Notes under the pieces: model-generated
What the model saw: the letters and a program-made list of their open reading frames with translations, nothing else
The model's database searches: none
Told to the model about the DNA's origin: nothing
Position numbers and translations under genes: made by a program
Shown here: positions 1-14,394 of the stretch, piece by piece
Layout: each line of letters begins with the position of its first letter
Position numbering within the stretch: the stretch's first letter is position 1
DNA from: Octopus vulgaris
Lineage: Eukaryota
DNA: 64,000 bases
Direction: 5' to 3'
Assembly (NCBI GenBank): GCA_951406725.2
Contig: OX597815.1
Location: 39,246,001-39,310,000 of the forward strand

Positions 1-3000
1 ACATCAATGAAGAATGCTGATAATTTACTGCTTCAAAATGGAAAAGATTTGCTGCATTAAACACACTCTCCAAACTCAAAGCTGTCATAACTACAATTCA
101 AGGTACCAAAAAATGTTAACCAGTAGAACATAAAGGCAAAAGTGAGAAATGGACAATGACAAGATCTGTGGTGAAATACTGAACATAAATTATAATAATG
201 ATTGGGAGATTTTGGAAGAATTCTTGTCAAATTTAACTAAATCACACCAATCATTTTCAAACCTTTTTACTGTAGCTAAATCAATAAACTGTCATTATTT
301 AGCTCTTCAAGCTGAAATTTGAACTAATTATGGAACTTCAAATGTTTTTTTTTACTTTTTCATTTGCTAATAAAATGTGTGTATGTGTGTTATTAATATA
401 ACTACTTATTTTTAATTCCCTGAAACATGTAAGCTATTTTTGGAGTCACCAAATTAGAAATTAGGTAAATCTATAAAACCTTAAAACCTCATATTTGCCA
501 AAAGAGCAATATTCATTTATCAATAAGAATCAAGCTTTTCATCAGCAAGAACTGGGACTCAAGGAACTTTCACATTCTAATTTTGATTATTTCTTTGATT
601 TTATTCCATACTTAAGGTAGTTTCTAAGATTTGAACTTAAAATACAAACAACATGACAAGCAGAATATTATAGATTGTATATCATAATGAACTGTAATTC
701 GTATTTAGTCACACAAACTTAATTTACAGAGGTCATCTTTACTAATGCCAACAAAATATTAAAAAAAAAAACATTACACAACTAGCTGTTAAATTCCAAA
801 TTATCAAATTAGTTCTTTATGTTAAGAATATTTCCATTAAAATTATACCAACCACCACAGTTACCTACCACACCAATTCATCTATTTCACTTTTTGAATT
901 AGGTGCAGTAATCTAAGAAATTACTTCACTGTTTCTCCCCAGGGCTTCTTTAAACAAGTATTATAACAGGTGCATTTTATTTTGATTTTAAGTATTTTTC
1001 TTTATTTTTCTTTGTTACCTATCATATATTAACCATTCATATTACATGCCCATACAAGTTCAACCATTTCGACTGTAAGCATTAGTTAAAGACTAATTCT
1101 CAGCTGATCTTTCAACTTACTGCATTTAACCATTCATATAGACATTGCACAAGCTAACAAGGGAAGCTTTATGTGGCTGCTCAACCTCTTAAAAATAGCA
1201 GCCAAATATCCATCATCTTAATAATTTTTACCTTAGAGACAAGAGACTGCTTGGATAAAATAGGAGATATTCATAGCCAGAGTACTTTTTATAAATCTGC
1301 TCAAGCAAAGTAGAGCTGGGACCAAACAACAATTTTGCACATGTAAGATTAGATTCCTTTTCTCACAAGTTTCCATTATTTCAATCATACATTGTCCAAT
1401 TATAACACTTCATATATTTCATGCAGTTTGCACGAGGTGACCAGAAGTAACAACTCCCTTAAAAATGTCCACTCTCACAAGCTAATGAGGATACTTCAAA
1501 TCAGTCACTCAAAACATGTTAGAAATAGCAATAAACTCCCTCTCAAATCACATCCCAACTTGAAACTTAGAATAATGTAGTTTTAGGATTAAAAAAAAAA
1601 TGTCTTTCATCTAGAGAAAACTCTTAGCTGTTTAACTTGTCACAGGCAAAGTTGAAAATCAAAGCCATACAACTGAAGCATAATACATACAGTATGTATT
1701 TATCTTTCTTTTAGCTGTCTCACATAAAAATGTAGGATTTGACAATGACAAAACAACATGCCTACATTGTTGTTTGAATTTTAATACATCCCCAGAACTT
1801 CATAGAAAAAAAAAGATGCTTCTATTACACATAGACAAGCACCCATTGATTTTATTTCAGAAGTATCCTTACTACTTTTTCTTTGATACACCAAAAGTTT
1901 CAGTACTTTGATATATCATTACTTTTAGTGTACCCATTGGTAGTATTGGGCAACCATATTAAATTCCTAGCCATTTCTTTCATATTGAGCAAAGCAACTT
2001 CCTAAATGTTGATCAGTTTTTCTGGGCTTTAGTATTAGACAGACTGTCTTTCAGGTCTTTAGACTATTTTTCCATTCAGGTTTTTAGAATATTCTTCCAA
2101 GACAAACTTACTTTTTTTAAAACTTTCACAAATTCTGCAATGAAAACTAAACTGAAAGTTCTAGAGAACATTCAACCATGAACTCTAGTGTTATTACCTA
2201 AATGATCTAATGTACTTTTATTCACATATAGAATGCATAAGAAAATGTAAGAAAATGAGTGAAGACAAGAACTTTGAAACGATAACTATACAACGAAATT
2301 CATAACAGAATTTGGTAGACATAACAGAGAGCTAGGATATCAAAACTCAGATTAGCGATAGGCAATATGGCAACATTTGTTAATTCTACTTCCCTCAATT
2401 AAATGAGAAAACTGACTGTTCTGTGATATCTTTGCAGAGACAATATTAGATGACAAATCATTTTCAATCACAATGTGAAACACCAGGATGCACTAGAGGG
2501 TGGAAATTAGGCAATGGCATACAAAACACCAAAGAATATTCCTGGCATTTTTTGACATATGAACTCTTTGTCGGCAACATGAAATCAAAAAACCAAACAG
2601 CCAGATGATCATCATCACCTGAGAAGCGAAGACACTTCATTGTATACATACAGAAACAGGTAAATGATTGGGGGGTATCAAGTTTTCTATCTGATGTGAA
2701 ATGTGCCTACATCCAATGTACTTTGGGAGTTCTGAACAGAGACAAGATAAGATAAATAGGGAGAACAACGAGGAGGATTTAAGCTTCTCTGTAAGATACA
2801 ACTTCCAACTGGTACAAAGTAAGAAAGCTATAAAGTTCTGATAAAAAAGCTCAAGTTACAACACTGAACTGCTGCAAATACACCTGATCAATTCTAACAT
2901 TGAAACCAGAAATAATCCTGAACAAAGATAATTGTTATCAAGAAGTTAGCTAAGAACCAACACAATGTCTCCACATAACCAAAAAAAGAGGGAAAGAAGA

Positions 3001-4623
3001 AAGGATTTACTAATGTTTTGCAACTTGGGGATAAGAAGTATGACATTCTGAATTGCAACTACATTCCTTTTAATTAGGAGGTCATTAAAGACAAGGATGT
3101 TTAATATTTATGATTTTCATGACAGTGTCATTAGGAAAGATAAACAAGGACATTGAAGAGACTGGCCTGAACCCTGTCTTGTGTGATAAACAAGGTCAGG
3201 ACAACATGAAAACTCAGCAGTACATTAAGGATAGGTGCTGAAATGACAAAAAAGGTTTGTAGGTACTAACTAGTTACTTGCTATATTAATCCAGGGCAGG
3301 AAGTTGTTATCTGAATAAATAGCTTAGCAGTACTGTCAACTACTACAAGAATAAAGGAGAAGCACTAGAGAAGGAAAAAAAATCACATACCAAGTTGTTT
3401 AAGCAGTCAGAACTCTACTTAAAGACACTGCAAGTGTCTTTTTCTTTTTTTTTTAACATTAGGTCTGAAATTGACACAAGTGATGAAAGTTACAGTGCCT
3501 ACCATAATCGATTAAGCCCTCTACTCACAACTGCTTAATAAGAAAAAATTAAAGGATGAAGAGTGAGCAGAATCACTGCACCACCAGAAAAAATATCTGG
3601 GAACAATAACCTCAATCGGGGCCCTACCAGCAGATTAGACAAAATGATTAGCTGCATTTCTTCCAGACTCACATTCCAAATTCAAATTCCTCCAAGGTTT
3701 ATTTTGTTTTTATCCTTTCAGGGTCGTTAAAATAAATGTTACTTGAGCACCATGGTCAATGTCATCAACTAGCACCAACTTTCCCCGACATTTCAGGCTT
3801 TGAACCTGTAGCAAAAAGAATTACTATTAAGGTAGACTGACAGAGTCATGAAAGCAGACAAGTGCCCAGCAGCATTTGGTAAAGCTCTTTGCATTCTGAG
3901 TTCAACATGAACCTGTATGAACTGTTATCAAATATTCCTCACATTGTACACTACCATCATTTAATGCCCGTTTTCCATGTTGGCATGGATTAGATGGTTT
4001 GACAGGAGCTAGCAAGACTGGGAACCACACCAGGTTCCATTGTCTGTTTTGGCATGGGATTCCATCAAATGTAATACTTATTTATTAACATTGCTTTCAA
4101 TTAATTATGCATTATCTTGTAGCTTCATGATTTCTATGATGTGAATATTTATTTTTAGAATGATATTGTAGGGTAGGTGTACGAGGCCAAATCTGGCTGT
4201 TGAACAAGTAAAATATTTGGGTTGGATATAATTGGCTTAAATGTTATTCTAATTAATCCAACCATTTTGGCAAGCTGACAATTGTTAGAGAATCAAAAAA
4301 GAATCTGGTATTTGTTCAAATTTTATACATTGTAAGTTCAAATCCTGTCACAGCCAACTTTGCTGTTCATCCTTTTTGTATCGATAAAATATAGTATCAA
4401 GTACTGAAGTCAATAGTATCAACTAAGCCCCTTTCCCTCAAAACATTTTGCTTCTCTGTGAGGGAAAGAAGCTATTTCATACTTAGTAACACTAAAATTT
4501 AGTTTCATTATTTATGCTCTGAAATAGTGAAGAAAGAAATAGTTTCTCCATCACACAAGTAAAATGGATTGGCTTGCTAAAATTTAACTTACATTAAGTA
4601 TAGAAACATATTCAAGTATGTAA

Positions 4624-4664
<41 letters not shown>

Positions 4665-7600
4665 AATGATTTTGAACATATATATATATTATACATGTAC
4701 AAAAGTACTAGATAATAGAATGTGCATGTAACAAGAGCAGATGAGAAAACCACAGGCAATCGGAATCATCAACAATATTCAAAATGCACATACACACACT
4801 AATATGCATGCATGTGTTGTGTGTGTGTGTGTGATTGTCTTGACATCATATGAGAGTTGAAAATAAGTGTCATCGTACAAGCTGTTTCATTTGATTCCAG
4901 TCTTCCATGAAACATGTCAGGCTATTGAGAAATATTAACTTGCTTGGAAACAGGACCAGCATATGGAGGTAGAAAACATGCCTCAACAAATTCCATCTGA
5001 CCCATGCAAGCATGGGAAAGTGAACATTAAAGCAATGATGATAAAGATGATACTCTTATGGATAAGCTATCAAATAATGTTTTCCTAATTTCAAGCTTTC
5101 TTTTATCATCCTTCTGGACTGTTAAAAATAAGCATTACTAATAATAGTCTGAGATGGACTACTTACTACACTAAATCCACCTTATGATGCCATACGTCAA
5201 GAAAAAAAGAATAATACTTTCGTGGTTTTTAGTAAAATTAAGCACAGCATTATCATTTTTTTTTTTTTTTTTGCACTTGATATTGATAGCCATTTCAAGT
5301 TGCTGGTATCCAGTTAAGAAAATATAGACATTACAACTTTTTTTTTTAATAGTTAAAAATGGTAGTTTTGCCAAATTGGAAATATCCTCATACATTTACA
5401 ATGTCAGCCCACCTTCAAACCACCTTGCCAAAATGGTAAAGTAAAGCCAGTTAAGTTACAGTTGCCTAGGCAGCTGTTGGCATTAGGACAGGATACTTGA
5501 CATTAAGAAAACTTAGCTAGATGCCCAATAGGCAGCCCCCGTATTTGGGGGCTGCTCCCATAAAAATGTTATTTATTACAGAAGCTATAAACATCCTGTT
5601 ACAAAAATAAATAAATAAATCTTAGCTCTAGTGCAGACTAAATGATAAACAGCAAGCAATGGAGGCCCTACCCTGAAGATAATTACAGAAGATTAACAAT
5701 ACAAAAGACTTATAGAATTACATAAACATACTAAGGAAGGGGCTTATGAGAGAAGTGTGAAGGAAAAGCACTTATAAGCTAGCACACAAAATTAAAATCA
5801 CAGGCGGTTTTTTTCTTTTTTTATTTCAATCCTTTTGATTTTCATAAATATTCTTCACTAAAGCTATTCCAAGAATCTTTAAAATAGTGGCAGCTATTAT
5901 CTGGTTATGGTATAAAACCTTGTTTGCTTGTACTCATTTCCAAAAACCAGTAAAATGCAACAGTCAAGTAATTTACAAAACTGACATCCATCATAATAGA
6001 GCTCATAAACATATGAACTTATTATAACAACGCAAATAGTGATTATAAATTCAAACTATCAATGTTCAATTATGCTCATAGGTACTGTACCAACTGTAAG
6101 AAATGGTCATAATTGAATAATTGCAGGATATTACTGGTATTTATAAATCTTCTAATGGAAGATGAAATTAATCCTGTTAAGAACAGGATTCATGACCAAC
6201 AGAAAGACCAAACTAAATTCAGTAATGACTAAATGGATCCCCAGTTTCTAAGTGTATTTAGTTGTTCGATCAACTACCTGCTCATTGAATTAGCATATGA
6301 CTGACTGACTGAACATTCCACAGAGACATGCACTCTTTAACAGTACAATCAGCATGACACCCAATGTAACAAAGCTGCACTTGTGAACTAAGAGCACAAT
6401 TTATCTGACAGGATTCAGTGCAGTTTATAGCTCCCCATTTTTCACTCACAAGGAAAGCATAAGTCAATCTGAAAGCACAGCAAAAGACACTTTACCCAAG
6501 ATCTTATTGCTAAATGAACTCTGTAACCACTCGGCCATGCAGTATAATGTACAACTGTATCTCATTTTCAGTATTTATAACCATGTTATGAACATATCTA
6601 AAATCTAATCATAAAAGGTAACTTCAATTCCAAGGTTAATTTTTAATACAAATTTTATTTATGCCCTGTTTATAAATGAAAATCTCAAGTAATTATGTGG
6701 AGAAAGTTGATTTATTCCATCTAAAACTACACGTTTCGGTTGGTAAAAATAAAAACAGAAACGTTCACTTTAGACTTAATGGAATTCTCCCACCTTTTTT
6801 ACCTCCTAAAAAAGCAAAAAAGAAAAGCTTTTATCTTGTAACACCAAGAAATATATTAAAAATTATAACTATATTTTTCTTATTTGAAGACGACAACAAA
6901 GATATAAATTAAAATATAGAAGTTTTTTTTTTCCACAAGAAAAAAAAAAACATTTAATGATTCTTCTCAGAGAACATAAAGTACTTGCAGTAATATTTAC
7001 AACTGTGTTTAACAAACATGAATTAAGTGAGGAACAGAAACATTTTCAATAATTTAAAAAGAAATTGAGTAATCGAATAAATCTTAAAAGTTTTCTCTTG
7101 GGGAATGGCAAATATCAGATGAAAGAGGAAGCAAAAAATTATTCAGATAAATAGAGCTGAATAATCATAGTTTATCAAGATGCTATAAAAAAAACCGACC
7201 ATGGATGTATTAGTTCGTGAGGTTGTAAAATATAGTTATAGGGAAGTTTCGCCCATGGGCTTTTCTAGGAAAAAACCTAATTTAACAGTATTCATTTCCC
7301 AGCATAAATTATATCTTATCTAGTTGATGTTAGGCTGGGGTTTTTTTTTGGGGGGGGGTGATTGTGTTTTTGTTCTTTATTAATAAAAAAAAAAACCCAC
7401 ATTTACTATGTATATGTGGAGAAAGATATCCAAGAGAGCTTTATGGTTTCTGTATATATGATACAGAAATATTAATATTATTAGGAAGACAGTCTGACTC
7501 ATAGACCATAGTGTGGTGTGCGGTACGCACTAACACACGCACCTTGTATAGCTGCTGATGTAACACTCACAGCCAGGCTATTCTGTAAAACAGGCCATAA

Positions 7601-9485
7601 ACATTAACAGTTACTGTGTGTGTAAACTAGCGGAAACTATATGTCATTTCTTATATAAACAATAAAAGTTCAGTAGGCAAGCATTCAATAATCAATCGTA
7701 ACAATCAATTCAATATATTAAAACAGCGCTGATAAAAAAAAAATACTATACATTTAAAATGAAATCATTTTTAAAACTTGAATTATGAATTGATTAAAAC
7801 AATGTTTTTGAGTTGGGTGTTAGGTTAAAAAGAGGGAATGTATTTAAGATTATTATTGTTGCTATCATCATCATCACACAATGCTTTTAGTTGTGTAGGA
7901 ACTGGAATATGAAATCCCTCATAAAATGAGCACAAACACTTGGTTGTTAATAGAAGGAAAAGTAGTGTACTATAGAGCTCAAAACTTCCCCAAGGGCATC
8001 AGGGAAACTGGACTAACCGAAATGATTACAATCAGAAATCTAGTAGTGCAAAACTTTGCTCCAAATAAACGGAGAATTATATTTTGAGGAACATTTTAAA
8101 CTATTCAAATAATTTTAAGTTTCCAAAAAACAGAAAAATCTTTGAAATACAAAATTCATTAAAATGAAGTTCAAGGATTTCTCATAAGCAAAAATTGTAA
8201 CTGTTTCTAGAAGTCTAAGATTTGGGTGGAGTTAATGGGAAGTCAGGGCATTCATGCTTTTTACCCAACCAGAGTATTTGAAGAAATAGTTCCAATGGGG
8301 AATATAAACCGGAACTATTTGCTAAAGATATTTATAGCAGCTTAAAAATATACTGAGTATTCAGAAACAGTCTAAATCATAACTGGAACAGACTAAAATG
8401 ATCAGTATCGACTTTCAAATATAATTCCTGAACACTCAGAAATAAATATTTAAAACACTGATTTCATCAATATAGCAGACAAAAGCGAAGATAATGTTTT
8501 GTTTTGTTATTTTAACTGAATGTATATTCTCATAAATAGCACAAAGTTCTTAAACAATTTATAAAATAATGGTACGCACGCACGAGTACGTACAAATTTT
8601 TAGAATACTTAAAAACAAACGAACTAATCGAATTTCCACGAGAGCTCATCCTAAAAGCTATTCTCATAAATGCCAAGTTCCTGAACAACTTCAAAAATAC
8701 ACAAGAGACACGTTTAGCCATGAACTGGAGGATGGGTCAAAACTGTAAACAAAATTACAATTACTTAAATTTGGTCCGTTATACTCTACAGAAAGATACT
8801 TGACAATTAAATAGGCAATACTATTGGTCAACGTAGAGTACAACTTGACATGGAGCAATGTTCGCCGTAACACAGTACAAAAAATATAGGCAAAAGTGAA
8901 AATTAGTGACAACACATACTTATAAATGGAATATGAAGTATATAGATATTGTAACACATCAATAAACTTATGATCGTGCGCAGATTGCAAGACATTTGAT
9001 GTTTAAGTAAAAATTTTGACACACAGCTGAAGAAAAGTAAAAACAAGTTTTTATTTATTTATTTTTTACCCACGACACCCCCAGATCAGTAACATCGATG
9101 GAATGTCATAGATACGATTCTTTGATTATGTAAATTAAATCTAAAATGAATTTAACAATGGAAGAAAATAATCATAGACACACTTCCTTGCAGATTAAAA
9201 CATTGAATGCTGGTGTAGTTTGGCGATGAAATTAGATATAAGTAAGATATCAGAAAATACACCGATTTTGAAATTAAAAAAAAAAAATCGCTCTGACTCA
9301 GAACAGATGAGGAAATTTTTTTTTTTTTAATCACAAAAATCTCTTTTTCAGGCATATTGTACAAATTTTAACTAGAACAAAATAAAAATTACCAAAAAAA
9401 AAACGGAAATACAAAACTAATAATAGAAATGTCTATCATTCAGAAAAGTCTCAAAGATTTAAAAACAATTTATGTGTGTGTATAC

Positions 9486-9520
<35 letters not shown>

Positions 9521-9926
9521 TACATTGCAGAACTACTTCCACAGCGATATTTTCAAGAGTTCAGAGAAACAAACAAGCTCTATGTCGTTTAAGACCAGAC
9601 GGACAAAACTAATTTAGTAAGCAAGCAACACACACATATATTACAAAGATGTAAGAGTTCGTCAGCCATTAAGAGCCTATCGGATGAAACATATTATCTC
9701 ATCGTTCCTTCTTAACATTTTCGCACGCAAGCACACGCAACAGTAGACAAAACACTTTAAAACTAAATATCCGTTGCCTCACATAACCTCACATATTAAC
9801 ACACATACGCATTCTAACATATAACGCGCAACTGTATTAACAATTAAGAAATAATTAAATTGACATGTAAATTAAATATTAAAAAACAAGAAAAGAGGAA
9901 AAATAAAGATCGTTTTATATATATAT

Positions 9927-10000
9927 ATGTGATTTTGTTCGAATGTTAGAAATAATAAATCACGACACGCGTGTCATATATATATATATATATATATAAA

Positions 10001-10049
<49 letters not shown>

Positions 10050-10105
10050 GTATGTATGTATATGACACACTAGTCGCGATTTAATATATTCGAACAAAAT
10101 CACAT
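9927..10105. repeat. Foldback repeat with (TA)n core
   Basis: atgtgattttgttcgaat (9927..9944) / attcgaacaaaatcacat (10088..10105), plus inner arms taaatcacgacacgcgtgtcatata / tatatgacacactagtcgcgattta. Confidence 0.85.
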
Positions 10106-10920
10106 TCTGATGGGAGAACACAAGCAAAAATCGACCACAATGTTAATATCACCGACTCCGGTGGGGTTTGAACTCATGACGTGATGGCTATCACTTATAT
10201 ACCGCATGTTATTTTGTCCGGTGCTCTACCCATTCCGTCATCCACCATAATTTCTATATTTGGCACAACGCCTCGTTTTTCGCGGAAGGGTGTGTAGTCG
10301 ATTCAATCGTACCAAGTATATGACTGGTACTTAGTTTATAGACTCTGGATGGATGGAAAAGCACTTCCTACAGAATTGTTTTATTAATGCTAACTTTCAA
10401 ACAAACACATGTATAAACATTTGCACATACATACACTGACAAATACATAACCATAAACGTATATACTTTCCTCCATGCACATACCCGTACACCTGTTTAT
10501 AGTTAAAATCGTATACTAGTTTAGAAACAAACACATACATACTTTGATATATTGCCATAGACACATCTACATAAACTTGTATACAATACTTAAAACACAC
10601 TTGGCTGTACAGACGAAGAAATATATACACATCTAAATAGATATAGTTTTACACATATACTTCTATATACATATAAGCTTTCACACGACCCTCTCGCAGA
10701 GTTGTACAAGGAGCTCTGTGAGATGAAGACAAGTATTTTGACAAACTTATAACAAATATATACATTCACTAAATTGTTGGATAGCAATGAATGCCACAAA
10801 TACTTTAATATAAGTTTTGAGTAGGCGTGTAGAAATATATATATGTATCTATTTATTCACATTCTGATCAAAAAAGAAATATCTTTAATAGGTAAAAGAG
10901 AAAGTAGCAGAAAGGTTTAC

Positions 10921-11166
10921 CTGGTGTAGAGCGGTAAGCCCATCCACATTGGCGGTGTTAATATCTGCTCCTCGAGCCAACAGTTTTATCACTTCGTCTT
11001 TATCTCCACTAGAACATGCTGCTAAAAAGACACAACCATCCTGAAAATTAACTCTTTTAGGTCGGTCTCGAACGCCAATCGATTCCCTATTTGTATCAGA
11101 GTCCGCCCAACGTTTCAATTGTTGGTTCCTTCTTGCACAGGCAGTTGCCTTATTATCATCCGCCAT
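10921..11166 (-). CDS. PPP1R12A: Protein phosphatase 1 regulatory subunit 12 (MYPT1-like), first coding exon
   Basis: Translation MADDNKATACARRNQQLKRW...KRVNFQDGCVFLAACSSGDKDEV...GADINTANVDGLTALHQ contains the MyPhoNE motif (RxxQLKRW), the PP1-binding RVxF (RVNF) and the start of ankyrin repeats. It ends CAG|GTAAAC (phase-0 donor, 82 codons). No second exon was recognised in 1..10920. The A/B/C paralogue label is vertebrate-specific. Confidence 0.95.
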
Positions 11167-12448
11167 GGCAGCAAACTCAAAAAAATGTTAAGTCTCTTGC
11201 GAAATCTCGCCAGTTCACGTCGGAAGCTGTCCAGGGAACGTGTAAGAGAGAGAGAGGGGGGACAACTAGATACAGAGAGAGAAATAAGGAGTATGAGGTG
11301 TTATATGTACCCGCCCGGCGTCGGGTATGTAGTTAGAAGGTCAAGACCAGCCTGACTTTCAATAAGGATTTAACACCATTCTAATAGAATTCTATCATTT
11401 AAAACGTTAGTCACTTAATCACTCATGATTTTAATAAATTTCTCGGAGTGTCAGACAAAATGTTCATATACAAAGCAAGTTCAACTAATTTAATGTCAAC
11501 GATTAGGCATAAAAAATTATTTTTTTTGTAATACAATAAAGTATTTATAAATAAAATTTGTCCATTTTTATATTTTAAAGACCAACTAAACAAAATAAAA
11601 GTAACAAAATTAATTCGAAAGTTCTGACGCCTAATACATTTTTATTTACAATGTGACTGTAATTAACGTTTATAACATGCGAACTAAAAATAGATGTAAC
11701 ATATATGAAGGTTAGCAGATATAATTATTTTGCAATTAACTGAGTTTAAATGAGGAAAAGAGGCAAAAACTTAGAACTAAATATCGAAGTTATAATTTAT
11801 AACATGAGAAGTTCTAATTCGAAAATTAAATTTGGGTAGCGGCAAGAAATAAGGGAGAGAATTTAGAGACAAAACGTACACGAAGTATTTATACTTATAA
11901 TTTTTTTTCTTTTTCTATAAACTATATCATGTTATAATGTGAAAACTTAACAAATAAATTTATGAAGAAAGATCGGAAATAATGACAATTAACGTGAAGA
12001 AATAATCTGATGACTTAATTTAGTTACTTTACAAGTTTTACCCAAAACATTCTTACGACTTATTCCCTTTTCTTCGTCGTGTTAAAACATAAAACTGTTA
12101 TACCTAAATAGGATTTGATATCATATTTAACATTATTTGATAATAATGTATACTTAATTTAGTGGAAAGATCCGTTATCACGGTTTCACAAACATCATGA
12201 TAAATTTCGTGTTTTCATCCGGGTTCTCAAGAAAAGTTTACTTTTACTTCGTTCAAAGTGTATATAAATATATATGTATATATATATATATATATATATA
12301 CATATATGTGTGTGTGTGTGTGTGTGATTTTTTTTTTCTTTCTTTTCTCTGCTTTTCAACTTAAAACCACGGTAGACAACTTCTCCGTTTTCAATAAACA
12401 ACTTCGCTCAGCTGCTGCTGCTTTCACGGTCTCGCTAATTACATTATT
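11167..12448. promoter_or_regulatory. Divergent promoter / 5'UTR region shared by PPP1R12 and MRPS35
   Basis: The two start codons point away from each other 1.28 kb apart. CpG dinucleotides are visibly more frequent around ~8.5-14 kb than in distal introns. A GC-rich imperfect palindrome tacccgcccggcgtcgggta lies at 11308..11327. TSSs cannot be determined from sequence. Confidence 0.65.
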
Positions 12449-12602
12449 ATGGCTGCCACTAATGGAATCATCTTGTCGCTTCGAAATATCCTTCTGTCAA
12501 GAAAAGAAAACATTTTCTTATCCTCTTTCAAATGCCATTTTCATTCATCGAAAATCATATCTCACGCTCCTGCAACACAGAGTGATACCGCTTTACAACA
12601 AG
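12449..12602 (+). CDS. MRPS35: MRPS35 exon 1 (putative mitochondrial targeting peptide)
   Basis: MAATNGIILSLRNILLSRKENIFLSSFKCHFHSSKIISHAPATQSDTALQQ is basic and Ser/Leu-rich with few acidic residues. Donor AAG|GTATAG is phase 1 and joins in frame to the exon at 18559. Confidence 0.8.
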
Positions 12603-14026
12603 GTATAGAAATTTCCTTCAGATTTTCATTTCTATACACTCCTTTTTACTGCCGTCCTTCTCCGCTAAGGCTGTCCTCTCCTACTGCTCTCAAAATACTT
12701 AATAGTAATGCACTTTACTCAACCAGAAGCTATTTTAAGAAATCCTACATTTGTTTAGTTCATACACTTTACAATTGATAGTGGTCTAAATTGAGGTGTT
12801 GCTCAATCGTGCACATGCTGTTTTGGACTAAAGAACATGTCGCAGTTTTCTTTTCGTGTTTGTTTTAAATTGACAGTATGAAAGTTGTAATTAAAACAAA
12901 CGTATTCCTATAATAAATCAAATTAAATTATATATATATATCTACATCTATTTATACACTACACACACACACAAAACATCGTTGTGCATATCTTAAGTTG
13001 AATGGTCCTGGTTAATGCCTTTGAGAAATATATTCCAATGTCATTTATTTTTCGTTTTGTAGACGTTCGTTGTATTTTCTATCTTTTCTTTAAATTAAAA
13101 ATTGTTGATTGTCACAATTTAATGCATAATTGGAATTGGTTATCAAGAAAATAAGTAATCTTAACTCTTTGGGATTTTGCATTTGATTGTTTTAATTTAT
13201 TTACAATTGTTTCAACATTATTTTGTTTCAAATCTTACAAAAATATGACTTAAAACAACATCAAGAAAGTAATGAAAAGCATATCCCTCTTTTGTTCAAG
13301 TATTATTTGTATTTGTTTACATAGGAACAAGCTTGAGACTTTTCAGACAAGAAATATCGCTTTTTTTTATTTTTAGTAAACATAAAGTTTTGTACGGACC
13401 CTTTTAAGACCAACATTTTATCGACTTTGAAGAAACAAAAGATCAAGTAGACACCGGCAGGATTTAAGTTTACGAAAGTAATTAGTGCAACATTCTGCTT
13501 TGGCCTTCACTGATTGTTTGACCCCGACCCTCCCATCAATTGTGTTCATTCATATTTTAAACAGGTATCGTTTTATGGGTCAGCTTGATAGAAAAAAATC
13601 GATTACCAAAGACATTGTTTACGTTTCCGGATTGTAAACATTAACTACCATCATTTGACCACGCAGAGCTTGCACGTGCAGCTATTGTTGTTTAGCCCTA
13701 TAGTGAACTGTGACTGACCAGACCTGTAACGAAACACAATCTCGGACATCATCTATTTTATAGCGATGGGCTGTGATTTAGATGATATTTAGCTTTTATT
13801 TCTAGCATATCGAAGGCAGCATAGAGGCTCCCTGGTCTGCCGAATTGTGCAGTGATGGTGTGTGTCTTTGTGTTGATGTATATGCAGTGTTCGGATGCCC
13901 TTGTATGTGTAGGCATTCGCCATAAAATAGACTCTTCGTCGGTTTCGACGAGGAGTGTTCTAATTATATGGACAACTGAGCTACCTATTCATTACAGTTA
14001 TAAGTGGCTCCACTCACTCGTTTTTT

Positions 14027-14320
14027 TATATTTTTTTATGCGCCCTTTTCAAGCCCAGCCAGGCTCATGGGCCCGGTTTCCCGGTTTGTGTGTTCCCCCC
14101 AGCTGGACGGGACGCCAGTCCATCACAGCGTTACCCAAGAAACAGGAAGAAAGAGTGAGAGAAAGTTGGGGCGAAAGATTACAACAGGGGTCGTCACCAC
14201 CCCCTACCGAAGCCTCGTGGAGCTTTAAGTGTTTTCATTCAATAAACACACGCAGCGCCCGGTCTGGGAATCGAAAGCGTGATTCTGTTGCCCTAACCAC
14301 TGGGCCATTGCGCCTCCACT
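14027..14320 (-). mobile_element. tRNA-derived SINE family C
   Basis: Minus head tggaggcgcaatggcccagtggttagggca...tttcgattccc and an A-rich tail; second copy at 16495..16802. Confidence 0.8.
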
Positions 14321-14394
14321 CACATGGCGATGGCTGAAGTTTTCTTCAGTGACGGCATTTTTCTTAACTTCTTTTACATCAATTATTTTTCACA

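Noticed and set aside
2270-3420. Possible highly decayed LINE or pseudogene (purine-rich, VIKDKD-like word)
   Set aside because: No continuous frame or diagnostic motif could be established by eye.
10150-10245. tRNA gene on the minus strand (B-box gagttcaaaccc)
   Set aside because: No cloverleaf could be formed; it aligns with the degenerate head of SINE family B.
1-10920. PPP1R12 exon 2 (expected ACIDDN... ankyrin repeat)
   Set aside because: No matching minus-strand exon was found; it probably lies outside the window.
12603-12778. C-terminal part of the 109-aa ORF at 12449
   Set aside because: Interpreted as read-through into intron 1 past the GT donor at 12603; the same applies to 10885..10920 for PPP1R12 and the flanks of ORFs 51552 and 62992.
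13852-14337. 161-aa ORF
   Set aside because: It runs antisense through SINE family C and has no recognisable protein motif.
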